Assembly: GCA_964455085.1 (NCBI GenBank)
Contig: CAYVYJ010000005.1
Span: forward strand, 21,239 to 85,238
Origin: an uncultured Planctomycetia bacterium
Lineage (GTDB): Bacteria; Omnitrophota; Gorgyraeia; Duberdicusellales; 4484-171
Length of the DNA: 64,000 bases
Reading direction: 5' to 3'
In this document: piece by piece, positions 37,379 to 46,654 of the stretch
How positions within the stretch are numbered: the stretch's first letter is position 1
Layout of the letters: each line of letters begins with the position of its first letter
Made by a program: the position numbers and the translations under genes
The notes under the pieces: generated by a model
Databases searched by the model: none
Told to the model about the DNA's origin: nothing
The model's input: the letters and a program-made list of their open reading frames with translations, nothing else

Positions 37379-38653
37379 TCAAGCTAAACACTTTGAAATT
37401 ATAGCTAAGTTATTTTCTAAGCTCTTTTTCTCTCCCTCAAATACTTGATTACAGCGATTATTTAAATTATTCTTTAAAGCCACATCATTCACAAGGCTCA
37501 GTAATATTTCCCCCAGCTCCTCACGGCTCCTTACTTTAATTCCGGCACCTTTGGCCAAAACAATCTCTTCCACATCAGGAAAATTGTCCATATTGGGACC
37601 AAAAATAGTGGGTTTACGAAAGTATACCGGCTCTAAAATATTATGCCCGCCGTCATTAGATAAACTTCCCCCCACGAAACAAATATCAGCAATGCTATAA
37701 AAGTATAATAATTCACCGATGGTATCCGCTATAAAAATACTTCGTCGATCCTCGAGAGTCTCCCCAACCTTACTCATTCGTACCGGATTAAAACCGGCCA
37801 GACGAACGATCTTTTCAATCTGAGGAGCTCGTTCGGGATGACGCGGAGCAATCAGCAAAGTAACCCCTCCCAGTTCTTTAAAGACATCTTTATAGATATC
37901 AATAATGATTTCTTCTTCAGGTTCATGGGTACTGGCTGCAATCAGGAGTTGATTATCTCCTTTTTTTAATATCGGAACGTAACGTTCTCTCTTGTCCCGA
38001 AAAGTCTCCTCATCCACAAAGATACTCTCAAACTTCATGTTACCGCTAACCACAATTTTATTGGGGTCAGCACCAAGAAAGAGAAATCTCTCTTTATAGA
38101 GCGCATTTTGAACGCCGATATAATCACACCCCTTAAGGACTCGCTTCATCAGAGGCCTTATTAACCGATAGCGCTTAAAAGCTGTATCGGAAATTCTTCC
38201 GTTAATAATAACTATCGGTATATTCCTTTTATTCAAACGATAGAAGAGATTGGGCCAGATTTCAGTTTCAACTGCAATAAATATTTTTGGCTTAATAATC
38301 TTTAGTGCCTGCTCAAGCACAATGGAAAGATCAAAGGGGAAGAAAATTATTTTTGCAAGATGTGAATATTTTTGTCTTGCTATTCTATTGCCGGTTAAGG
38401 TTGTAGTTGAAATTATTATCGGGCAATTATAAGTTTTCTTTAGCCGTAACAACAAATTCCCGATTAAATTTGCTTCGCCAACGCTTACTACCTGTATCCA
38501 GATAGACTCCTTTCTCTCGCCCAGACCAATAAGCCCCAGCTTCTCTTTTAAAGCCCGGGCAGTCATCTTCCTCCGCCAAAGATGTATAGGAAGATATCCT
38601 ATTAACCCCAAGCAAAAAATAAAATCATAAATTAAAAATAATATTTCGTTCAT
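37379..38653 (-). CDS. waaA: Kdo transferase
   Basis: IWIQVVSVGE, PFD, ETEIWPN, NGRIS, GNMKF, ASTH..EE, APRHPER, GGS....GHNILEP. Confidence 0.95.
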   Translation of the reverse strand: MNEILFLIYDFIFCLGLIGYLPIHLWRRKMTARALKEKLGLIGLGERKESIWIQVVSVGEANLIGNLLLRLKKTYNCPIIISTTTLTGNRIARQKYSHLAKIIFFPFDLSIVLEQALKIIKPKIFIAVETEIWPNLFYRLNKRNIPIVIINGRISDTAFKRYRLIRPLMKRVLKGCDYIGVQNALYKERFLFLGADPNKIVVSGNMKFESIFVDEETFRDKRERYVPILKKGDNQLLIAASTHEPEEEIIIDIYKDVFKELGGVTLLIAPRHPERAPQIEKIVRLAGFNPVRMSKVGETLEDRRSIFIADTIGELLYFYSIADICFVGGSLSNDGGHNILEPVYFRKPTIFGPNMDNFPDVEEIVLAKGAGIKVRSREELGEILLSLVNDVALKNNLNNRCNQVFEGEKKSLENNLAIISKCLA

Positions 38654-39531
38654 TTTGCTCTTGGATGGGCCTTCTGATAAACACTCTTAAGCGAATCGAT
38701 AGTTAAATGAGTATAGACCTGGGTAGTCGATATACTGGAATGCCCCAGAAGCTCCTGCACGCTACGCAAATCCGCCCCTCTATTAAGAAGGTGAGTGGCA
38801 AAAGAATGACGAAAGGTATGGGGAGATATCTTCAAAACCTGAGCTGCCTTTCGCATATATTTATAAATAATATCCCTCACCCCCCGATCAGTCAAAGTCC
38901 CGCTTCGCTTGTTTACGAACAATGAAGAGTTGTTATCAATGCGTTTATCTAAATATTTTTTCAAACTCCTCAAGGCTGGCTCACCCAAAGGAAGCAGGCG
39001 CTCCTTCCTCCCCTTTCCCATAACTTTAGCAATTCCGCTTATAAAATCTATATTCTCCTTGTTTAAAGCAACCATCTCAGCGACCCTGGCTCCGCTAGAA
39101 TAGAGAAATTCCAGAATTGCCTTATCCCTCAAATCCAGAAGCTCCCCTCCTTTAGGCATCCTAAGAATATTGCTAACTTCTTTTTCAGTTAAAAACTTGG
39201 GCAACGGTTTATCTAACCGGGGATAAATTAAAGAAGCAGCGGGATTACTTTTTGCCAATCCTTCTCTAAGGATAAATCTAAAAAAGCTCTTTAAGGTAGA
39301 GATTTTTCGGGAAATGCTTCTTTTGTTCAATTTTTTCTCACTCAGCACACTCAAGAACTTCCGTAGCAGAAAATAATCAATCCGCTTAATGTCCTTTCCG
39401 CCCCGAGAATCCAGGAATTCTCCGAATTCCCGAAGATCGGCTGCATAATTGTTGATGGTATGCGAGGAATAATTCTTCTCGATATTTAAGTAATTTAAAA
39501 ACTTATCAATATAGTGAGTAAATGGGATCAT
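38650..39531 (-). CDS. xerC: Tyrosine recombinase XerC
   Basis: LYSSGARV.E, GKG.KER, SPHTFRHSFATHLL..GADLR.VQELLGH.S.STTQVY; dprA-topA-xerC context. Confidence 0.9.
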   Translation of the reverse strand: MIPFTHYIDKFLNYLNIEKNYSSHTINNYAADLREFGEFLDSRGGKDIKRIDYFLLRKFLSVLSEKKLNKRSISRKISTLKSFFRFILREGLAKSNPAASLIYPRLDKPLPKFLTEKEVSNILRMPKGGELLDLRDKAILEFLYSSGARVAEMVALNKENIDFISGIAKVMGKGRKERLLPLGEPALRSLKKYLDKRIDNNSSLFVNKRSGTLTDRGVRDIIYKYMRKAAQVLKISPHTFRHSFATHLLNRGADLRSVQELLGHSSISTTQVYTHLTIDSLKSVYQKAHPRAK

Positions 39532-39534
39532 CTC

Positions 39535-41493
39535 TTACCCTTCTTCCTTCTCAGTCTCTGCTTCCGGTAATGTACGATTTGTGTAGGTACATCCAGGGAA
39601 TTTACTACACCCGTAAAAATTTTGTCCTCTTCTGTTTCTTCTTTCAACCAACTGACCTTCATTGCACTCAGGACAGGAAACCCCGGTAGTAATACTCTCG
39701 GCATAACGACAGCGGGGAAAATGTTCACAGCTTAAAAAACGTCCTCTTCGGGACCACTTCATTACTAATCTTCCCTGACACTGTGGACAGGTCTTATCCG
39801 AGTATTCTATCTCTTTCTTAACCAGTTTTAAGGTCTTCTCCACCTTTTTATCGAAGTCTGGATAAAAATCCTCTAAAACTTTATGCCACTCAAGTTTACC
39901 CCTCTCAACTATATCCAGCTTCTCCTCTAAAGAAGCAGTAAACCCCTCATCCATAACCTGAGGGAAAAACTTTACTAAGAGATCGCTAACCTTTATACCC
40001 AGTTCAGTAGGCCAAAATGCTCTTTTTTCTCTACGGGCATAATTTCTTCTAAAGAGAGTATAAAGAATTGGAGCATAAGTAGACGGTCGGCCAATACCTT
40101 TTTCTTCCAGCAACTTTACTAAAGAAGCATCATTATAACGCGGGGGCGCCTTAGTGGTATGTTCGGTAACTACTAAATCTTCCAGAATAACTTCCTGGCC
40201 CTGCTTAAGCGGAGGGAGCGGATTCTCCTCCCCGCCCAGACCCAAAATCTTTAAAAATCCTTCAAATAAAATCCTCTTGCCTACAGCTTCAAATTCCCCT
40301 TCCTTTGATACTATCCGGGCTTTACTGGACTCCAGTATTGCCTCCTTCATCAATCCAGCTGCAAATCTTCGCCAAATTAATTCGTATAATTTAGCTTCGT
40401 CAGCAATAACCAGCTTTGCTATATCCTGAGGCCGACGAAAAATACTGGTTGGCCTTATTGCCTCATGAGCTAACTGAGCACCTTTTTTCTTCCGGTGATG
40501 GTATTCACGTAAAGATAGGTAGTTCTCGCCGAACTCACTCTTAATGAATTCTCTGGCTTCTTCTCTGGCGGCTCCACTTATATGAAAAGAATCAGTACGC
40601 ATATAAGTAATAAGTCCTACACTTTTATTCCCAATCTGAATTCCTTCATAAAGTTTCTGAGCTAAAAACATTGTCTTCTGGGCCGGCAACCTTAAACGGT
40701 TAAAGGCTTCTTGCTGAAGCAGGGAGGTAATAAAAGGTGGCGGGGGTTTGCGTTTAATTTCCTTTCTGGTCAGCTCTTTTATCAAAAAACTCTCTTCTTT
40801 TAGTTTTTTAAGGCACTCTTCTGCCTCCTTCCTGCTTTCAAAGATTTTTTTCTTTTTTCTACATTTACTAAGTTTTGCCTTAAATAAACTGGAACCAACC
40901 CTGAATGTCGCCTCCAATGAAAAGCTAGTCTTGGGCAGGAAATTCCTAATCTCCTTTTCTCTCTCAACGATAAATTTTAAAGCAATTGACTGTACTCTTC
41001 CTGCAGATAAACCTCGCACTATTCTTTTCCAAAGAAGCGGCGATAAGCGATACCCCACTATTCTATCTAAGACCCTGCGGGCTATTTGAGAATTAACCTT
41101 GTGGGTATCTATATGGCTGTGCTTCTTAAATGCCTTGACTAAGGCCTCCTCGGTTATCTCATGAAAAACAACCCGATAAAACTTCATGTTTTTAGCTGCT
41201 AATCTCCCCTTTATATGCCAGCTAATAGCCTCGCCTTCTCGATCAGGGTCAGTGGCTAGATAAATAGCTTTTTTACCCTTAGCTTTTTTCTTTAACTGGT
41301 TAATTGTCTTCTCTTTTCCAGGAATAATCCGATAGACCGGTTCAAATCTATTTTCAACATCAACCGAGAGTTTATTGGTTGGTAGGTCAATTAAATGCCC
41401 CATGGAAGAGACTACTTCATATTCTTTACCCAGTATCGAAGAAATCGTCTTGGCTTTAGTTGGTGATTCAACAATTACTAAGTATTTACTCAT
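39535..41493 (-). CDS. topA: DNA topoisomerase I
   Basis: VIVESPTKAKTI, ATDPDREGEAI, SAGRVQS, ITYMRTDS, GIGRPSTY, C-terminal Zn ribbons. Confidence 0.97.
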   Translation of the reverse strand: MSKYLVIVESPTKAKTISSILGKEYEVVSSMGHLIDLPTNKLSVDVENRFEPVYRIIPGKEKTINQLKKKAKGKKAIYLATDPDREGEAISWHIKGRLAAKNMKFYRVVFHEITEEALVKAFKKHSHIDTHKVNSQIARRVLDRIVGYRLSPLLWKRIVRGLSAGRVQSIALKFIVEREKEIRNFLPKTSFSLEATFRVGSSLFKAKLSKCRKKKKIFESRKEAEECLKKLKEESFLIKELTRKEIKRKPPPPFITSLLQQEAFNRLRLPAQKTMFLAQKLYEGIQIGNKSVGLITYMRTDSFHISGAAREEAREFIKSEFGENYLSLREYHHRKKKGAQLAHEAIRPTSIFRRPQDIAKLVIADEAKLYELIWRRFAAGLMKEAILESSKARIVSKEGEFEAVGKRILFEGFLKILGLGGEENPLPPLKQGQEVILEDLVVTEHTTKAPPRYNDASLVKLLEEKGIGRPSTYAPILYTLFRRNYARREKRAFWPTELGIKVSDLLVKFFPQVMDEGFTASLEEKLDIVERGKLEWHKVLEDFYPDFDKKVEKTLKLVKKEIEYSDKTCPQCQGRLVMKWSRRGRFLSCEHFPRCRYAESITTGVSCPECNEGQLVERRNRRGQNFYGCSKFPGCTYTNRTLPEAETEKEEG

Positions 41494-41522
41494 AGTTTAT
41501 ACTCACAATTTACACTTAGCGG

Positions 41523-42395
41523 TTACCTTACCCCTGCTATATCCAACTCTGCCAATATATCTTCTACGCAATCAACCAACTTTGCCCCTTCCTTGATTAA
41601 AATATGTGTGCCCTTACTCAAGGGGGAGTTTAGGCTCCCGGGAATAGCAAAAACCTCTCGATTCTGCTCACAAGCTAGGTGGGCAGTTATCAGCGCGCCG
41701 CTACGCGAACTAGCTTCGACAACTAATACGCCCCGGGACATCCCGCTTACGATTCTGTTCCGACGGGGAAAGTTTTCCTTCGACGGTGCCGCAAGCATGG
41801 GGAATTCCGAAATAACTGCACCTTTGGCAGCAATTTCATCAACTAATCCTTTATTTTCCCGAGGATAAATATTCAACAAACCACTACCGAGAACAGCTAT
41901 AGTTTCCCCGTCTTGGATTGCTTGACGATGAGCAACAGTATCTATTCCTTTAGCTAAACCCGATATGATAACCATACCCTTTTGGCAAAGTTGAGCCGTA
42001 AAATCTTTAGTTATCGAGATACCGTAACCGGTAGGCTTGCGACTACCCACAATAGCGAAGGAAAATTTATTCAAAATCGCACGACTACCCTTAAGATAAA
42101 GGACTATTGGTGGGTTACTTATTTCTTTCAGCAGCTGGGGATAATCAGAATCAAAGATATCGAGGCAATCTATCTTTTCTTTAGCAATTAAATCCAATTC
42201 CCGGCTAAGAATCGTTGAAGCTCTCAAAGTCAATATTCTTTCAATGTCTTTATCCGGAAGGTAAGCAATACTCTTAAAATCACTAACCCCAACCTTAAAT
42301 ATCCTGTCAATATCTTCGAAGTGATAAAGAATACCAGAAATCTTCCCGGGGCTTAAATTTAAGAGGTTGAGCAGAATTGTACCCTTCTTAGCCAT
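41523..42395 (-). CDS. dprA: DNA-processing protein DprA
   Basis: AIVGSR, SGLAKGID..AH, FPRRNRIVSG, VVEA...SGALITA, LIKEGA. Confidence 0.95.
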   Translation of the reverse strand: MAKKGTILLNLLNLSPGKISGILYHFEDIDRIFKVGVSDFKSIAYLPDKDIERILTLRASTILSRELDLIAKEKIDCLDIFDSDYPQLLKEISNPPIVLYLKGSRAILNKFSFAIVGSRKPTGYGISITKDFTAQLCQKGMVIISGLAKGIDTVAHRQAIQDGETIAVLGSGLLNIYPRENKGLVDEIAAKGAVISEFPMLAAPSKENFPRRNRIVSGMSRGVLVVEASSRSGALITAHLACEQNREVFAIPGSLNSPLSKGTHILIKEGAKLVDCVEDILAELDIAGVR

Positions 42396-42894
42396 TGTTT
42401 AAAATCGATATAATTCTATTAGCAATTTCTTCCGGGGATAGGTTATCAGTATCAATTGAGTAGTGAGCCTGGGCATAATAAGGAGCTCTTTCTTCAAGCA
42501 ATTGCTTAATCTTCTCTTGGGGATTGTCAACATTGAGAATCGGACGATGAGTATGTTTGTTTATCCTTTCATAAGTTGTTAAAGCCGATGCCTTAAGGCA
42601 AAATACGGTTCCGGTCTCTCTAAGCCGCTTTAAATTCTCCTTATCACAAATAAGCCCGCCTCCGCAACTAATTACCAAATCCTCCTTGGCTGACAACTCT
42701 TTAAGCAATTCCCGCTCCAGCTTGCGGAAGTAAACCTCACCCTTCTTGGCAAAAATATCTACTATTCTCAAACCTTCCCGCTCGGCAATGACCGCATCCA
42801 TTTCCAGAAACTCCTTGGCCAGACGTTCAGCCAGGATTCCAGCGACAGTAGTCTTACCACTACCCATAAACCCTACTAAATAAATATTTTTCAT
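42388..42894 (-). CDS. aroK: Shikimate kinase
   Basis: LVGFMGSGKTT, GE.YFR..E, SCGGG, RP.L, ER...Y. Confidence 0.93.
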   Translation of the reverse strand: MKNIYLVGFMGSGKTTVAGILAERLAKEFLEMDAVIAEREGLRIVDIFAKKGEVYFRKLERELLKELSAKEDLVISCGGGLICDKENLKRLRETGTVFCLKASALTTYERINKHTHRPILNVDNPQEKIKQLLEERAPYYAQAHYSIDTDNLSPEEIANRIISILNNG

Positions 42895-43037
42895 CGCTTA
42901 CCTACAATGGTTCTTCTATGCTCTTATTGCCTCTTTCCCTCATTTTAAGACTTTGTTGTCCAGCACTGGTAATGATGGATATAATATATTATTGAGGCTT
43001 CGCCTCAATAAACTTGCTGCGCAAGATTATATACATC
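42892..43037. mobile_element. ~146-bp MITE-like element (family A, long form) abutting the aroK start codon
   Basis: Colinear with 55115-55263; begins and ends with CATC; contains TTATTGAGGC-TTC-GCCTCAATAA and CTTGC-TGC-GCAAG inside stem GATGGATATAAT/ATTATATACATC. Confidence 0.65.
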
Positions 43038-43057
43038 GCTTACCTATAATGGTTCAT

Positions 43058-43153
43058 TCTGCTTATCGGTTTAGGCTTCTCTGCTTATCGGTTTAGGCTT
43101 CGCCTAAACCGAGGCCCCCAGAAGAAACTACGGTTTAGGCGAAGCCTAAACCG
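43058..43153. repeat. 22-bp tandem duplication plus inverted doublet of 23-bp hairpins (REPIN-like)
   Basis: TCTGCTTATCGGTTTAGGCTTC twice; CGGTTTAGGC-TTC-GCCTAAACCG (43089-43111) and its reverse complement (43131-43153). Confidence 0.8.
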
Positions 43154-43186
43154 CCTTGTTAATCGAATCGTCAAGACAGTATTAGT

Positions 43187-43215
43187 ATTATCAAGGCAAT
43201 TGGCGAGTTTGTCAA
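43187..43215 (-). promoter_or_regulatory. Putative sigma70 promoter for aroK-dprA-topA-xerC
   Basis: TTGACA (43215-43210), 17 bp spacer, GATAAT. Confidence 0.4.
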
Positions 43216-43296
43216 GCTGGATGGCACTAAAAGCTTCTATAGCTTTAAAAATAAGCTTTCAGACCGCGAAAAAGGAGTGATTTTTAAGGATTTTGG

Positions 43297-44460
43297 CTAT
43301 TTCCCGTACTTCTTGATCAAATTAAGGGCAATAATGTTCCGCTGAATTTGATTGGTGCCTTCGTAGATCTGGGTTATTTTTGCATCCCGCATGAACTTCT
43401 CAATCGGATAATCTCGCATATAACCGTAGCCACCGTAAATCTGGACCGCATTAGTGGTTACCTCCATTGCTACATCAGAGGCAAACATCTTTGCCGCTGC
43501 ACTGGCCGGGCCGACATTTTTAATCCCTCTATCAACCATTGAAGCAACGCTGTAAACTAAGCTTCTTGCCGCTTCAATCTTGGTAGCCATATCAGCCAGC
43601 ATCCATTGTATCCCCTGGAAAGAACTTATCGGTTTGCCGAATTGAATCCTCTGATGGGCATAAGCAGTAGCCAGCTCTAAAGCCCCTTGTCCGATCCCCA
43701 CAGCTTGGGCGGCAACTCCCGGACGGGATTGATCAAAGGTCTTCATGGTAGAGATAAAACCAATACCTTCTTTTGCGCCTAAAAGATTCTCTTTGGGTAC
43801 CTTGACATCAGTAAAGATCAACTCACCGGTTGACGATGCCCTTATGCCCAATTTTTCTTCCTTTTTGCCAAAAGTAAAACCCTCCATCCCCTTCTCAAGG
43901 ATAAAAGCTGACACACCACGGGGACCTTTGTTCTTATCAGTAACTGCGATTACAGTATAAATTTCAGCATCTCCGCCATTAGTGATAAAGTGCTTAGTTC
44001 CGTTTAAAATATAATAATCGCCGTCCTTCTTAGCCGTAGTCTTTACTGCCGCCGCATCCGAACCAGCCTCAGGCTCAGTTAAACCAAAGGCAGTCAATTT
44101 TTTCCCGGAAGCTATATCCGGCAAATACTTTTTCTTTTGTTCCTCGGTACCGTTAATCAGAATAGGAAACATCCCCAAATAGGAAGCAGCGAAAGCGGTA
44201 GCAACTCCTCCGTCAACACGGGAAATTTCCTCGGTGGCAATACATAAATCCATAAGGTTACCACCCATTCCCCCGTAGCTTTCAGGTATGCATAGAGAGA
44301 AAAGATCAGCTTGACCTAAAGCCTTGATAATATCAGCCGGAAATTCTTCCTTTTCATCAAGCTCTTTTGACTGCGGTCTTATTTTTTCCTCAGCAACTTG
44401 GCGACATAAATCGCGTAACATTTCTTGATCTTCAGTTAAGGGATAATTAACTAATGACAT
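43297..44460 (-). CDS. Acyl-CoA dehydrogenase (butyryl-CoA dehydrogenase-like)
   Basis: FGLTEPEAGSDA, NGTKHFITNG, KLGIRAS, R.QFGKPI, GGYGYMRDYPIEK.MRDAKITQIYEGTNQIQR. Confidence 0.95.
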   Translation of the reverse strand: MSLVNYPLTEDQEMLRDLCRQVAEEKIRPQSKELDEKEEFPADIIKALGQADLFSLCIPESYGGMGGNLMDLCIATEEISRVDGGVATAFAASYLGMFPILINGTEEQKKKYLPDIASGKKLTAFGLTEPEAGSDAAAVKTTAKKDGDYYILNGTKHFITNGGDAEIYTVIAVTDKNKGPRGVSAFILEKGMEGFTFGKKEEKLGIRASSTGELIFTDVKVPKENLLGAKEGIGFISTMKTFDQSRPGVAAQAVGIGQGALELATAYAHQRIQFGKPISSFQGIQWMLADMATKIEAARSLVYSVASMVDRGIKNVGPASAAAKMFASDVAMEVTTNAVQIYGGYGYMRDYPIEKFMRDAKITQIYEGTNQIQRNIIALNLIKKYGK

Positions 44461-44477
44461 TTAGATCCTCCTTCCTC

Positions 44478-45743
44478 TTAATCTTGTTTCTGTCTGTCGA
44501 CAGCCAGCTGAGAATTTAAAAGCTGGGGTATAATTTCCGAAAGTGTGGGATGAATAAAAAGACATCTCTTCAAACTATCTAAGCTTAGATTATTCCTGAT
44601 ACAAAGGGAAAATATACTGATAAGCTCAGCCGAAGCCTGCGAGATTATCCCGGCACCAATAATCTTATTCCTTTTGTCAATAAGAACTTCAATCAAACCA
44701 TCAGTATCGCCATAAACATAGGCTGAAGAGAATCTCAGGAAATTTGACTTTATCAGCCTATATTTTATACTTCTAGTTTTAGCCTCCTCCTCTAATATTC
44801 CTACTTTAGCTAAACCAGGAGAAGAAAACACACACTCACTAAGTCCCCTATAGTCCTCTTTACGCTTCTTGCCCTTAATGTTGTTAATGCAGATACCGGC
44901 TTGATATTCTGCTACATAAGCAAGAAGTTTTCTGCCGGTAATATCACCACAAGCATAAATATTGTTGATATTTGTCCTTAAATACTTGTTGGTCGCAAGC
45001 CATCCTTGGGGACTCTTGGCTAAACCAATTGCTTCAGCTCCCAAACCCTCTAAATTAGGGACTCTTCCCACTGCTGAGATAACCAGATCAAAGTCACCTA
45101 AATTATAGCCATTAATGTCCTGACCGGTGGCAATATTTATTCCTTTTCTTTCTAAAATTACCCTCAGGCGCTGGGCCAGGTAAGGGTCAAAAGAAGGTAA
45201 GATCTGCTCTTCCTTTTCTACCAAATAAACACTCTTGCCAAACCCATGCAGCAGTGATGCGGTCTCTACACCAATATAACCGGCACCAATAATCAGAATC
45301 TTATCCCCCAAAGTTTCTTTAGAAAACATCTCCTCAGCAAAAATAACCCGGGGGTTTTTAAGGCTTGGCTTAGGAGAAGAACCAGTAGCAATGATAATAT
45401 TTTTTGCCTTTATAGTCTTACCAGCTACGACTAAACTATTTTTGTCTAAAAAACGTGCACTTCCCCAAACGATATCAATCCCTCGCGTCTCTAATAGCAT
45501 CAATAAGGATGACTTAATCTTTTTAGTAAGTGCCTGGCTCTCTTGAAAAGTATCCAGCCAGGTTTTGTGAGCCTGGGACGATTTAAGAAAAAACTTGGTA
45601 GGAATACAGCCTTTATTAAGACAAGTTCCACCTAAACTATTCTTTTCTTTTTCAATTAAAACTGTCCGTAACCCTGCTCTTATTGCTTCTTTAGCGCAGG
45701 CAACACCGGCAGCTCCACCACCAATTATTGCTAATTCATACAT
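44478..45743 (-). CDS. lpdA: Dihydrolipoamide dehydrogenase-family flavoprotein (short)
   Basis: IGGGAAG, GGTCLNKGCIPTK, IATGS, GAGYIGVE, ACGD, HPTLSE. Confidence 0.8.
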   Translation of the reverse strand: MYELAIIGGGAAGVACAKEAIRAGLRTVLIEKEKNSLGGTCLNKGCIPTKFFLKSSQAHKTWLDTFQESQALTKKIKSSLLMLLETRGIDIVWGSARFLDKNSLVVAGKTIKAKNIIIATGSSPKPSLKNPRVIFAEEMFSKETLGDKILIIGAGYIGVETASLLHGFGKSVYLVEKEEQILPSFDPYLAQRLRVILERKGINIATGQDINGYNLGDFDLVISAVGRVPNLEGLGAEAIGLAKSPQGWLATNKYLRTNINNIYACGDITGRKLLAYVAEYQAGICINNIKGKKRKEDYRGLSECVFSSPGLAKVGILEEEAKTRSIKYRLIKSNFLRFSSAYVYGDTDGLIEVLIDKRNKIIGAGIISQASAELISIFSLCIRNNLSLDSLKRCLFIHPTLSEIIPQLLNSQLAVDRQKQD

Positions 45744-46654
45744 TGCTTAAAGAGTTTAGCGGCCTTTCTTAATTCTTTCTTCTCCTGGACGCTTAATTTA
45801 GTTTCCACAATTCTGTCGGCACCCTTGCGATTGATTATGCAGGGAACACCTAAGCAAATGTTATTTAACTCGTACTCACCTCGTAAGCGGACCGAGACCG
45901 GTATTATTACATTGGCATCTTTTATAATTGCTTCAATCAAGGAACAACAAGATAAGGCCGGAGCAAAGTTAGCGCTTTTATTTCTTAGGAACCCGACGAT
46001 TTCCGCTCCTCTCTGCTGAGTACGCTCTCGTATCAGTCTAGACTCCTTAGCCTTCAAAACTTTAGAAAGCTGTTTGCCTCTGACCTTTATTCTCTGTAGA
46101 GGCACAATCATATCTTTGCTGTGCGGTCCGTAAGCAAAACCTTCTAAAGAAGCTACCGGAACTTTGGTCGCCTTATAAAGAATATTAAGAAGACGGCTGG
46201 TATCTAAAGATGAACCCATCCCAATTACTCTCTGGCGCTTAAATCTAGTTTCACGGGCGATGAGGTAGGTGATAAAGTCTAAAGGGTTAGTTACTACGAT
46301 TACTATAGCAGCCGGCGCATACTTTTTTATTTTCTGGGATACATCTTTGGCAACTTGAGAATTAATCCTTAAAAGATCTAAACGGGTCATCCCTTTTTTC
46401 CGGGCAATACCGGCAGTAAATACTACTATGTCTGAATTCCTAATTAAAGAGTAGTCTTCTCCGCCCCTTATCCGGGTAGTAAAATTTAAAAACCCCCGGG
46501 TATCTTCTAAATCTAAACTAATTCCCTTAGCCAAGCCTTTAGAGATATCAACTAGGGCTAGCTCCCCGGGAGCCAGCCAGGCCAGAACATTAAAGGCTAA
46601 GCTTGAACCAACACCGCCGGTGCCGATTATAGATATTTTTTTGACTGCCTTCAC
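45731..46654 (-). CDS. mdh: Malate dehydrogenase (LDH-like fold)
   Basis: IIGTGGVG, TAGIARKKGMTRLDL (Arg at the specificity position), VTNPLD, LDTSRL. Confidence 0.85.
   Translation of the reverse strand: MKAVKKISIIGTGGVGSSLAFNVLAWLAPGELALVDISKGLAKGISLDLEDTRGFLNFTTRIRGGEDYSLIRNSDIVVFTAGIARKKGMTRLDLLRINSQVAKDVSQKIKKYAPAAIVIVVTNPLDFITYLIARETRFKRQRVIGMGSSLDTSRLLNILYKATKVPVASLEGFAYGPHSKDMIVPLQRIKVRGKQLSKVLKAKESRLIRERTQQRGAEIVGFLRNKSANFAPALSCCSLIEAIIKDANVIIPVSVRLRGEYELNNICLGVPCIINRKGADRIVETKLSVQEKKELRKAAKLFKQCMN

Noticed and set aside
38650-39531. Tyrosine recombinase as a prophage/island integrase
   Set aside because: XerC length and motifs in the conserved dprA-topA-xerC context; no phage genes or att sites nearby.
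39529-39539. CATCTCTTACC at the xerC start matches the end of the family A element
   Set aside because: Only 11 bp, explained by the topA stop plus RBS; no hairpin body present.
43058-43153. Possible CRISPR array
   Set aside because: Only two to three units, in inverted orientation with 19-bp or no spacers, and no cas genes; fits REP-like hairpins.
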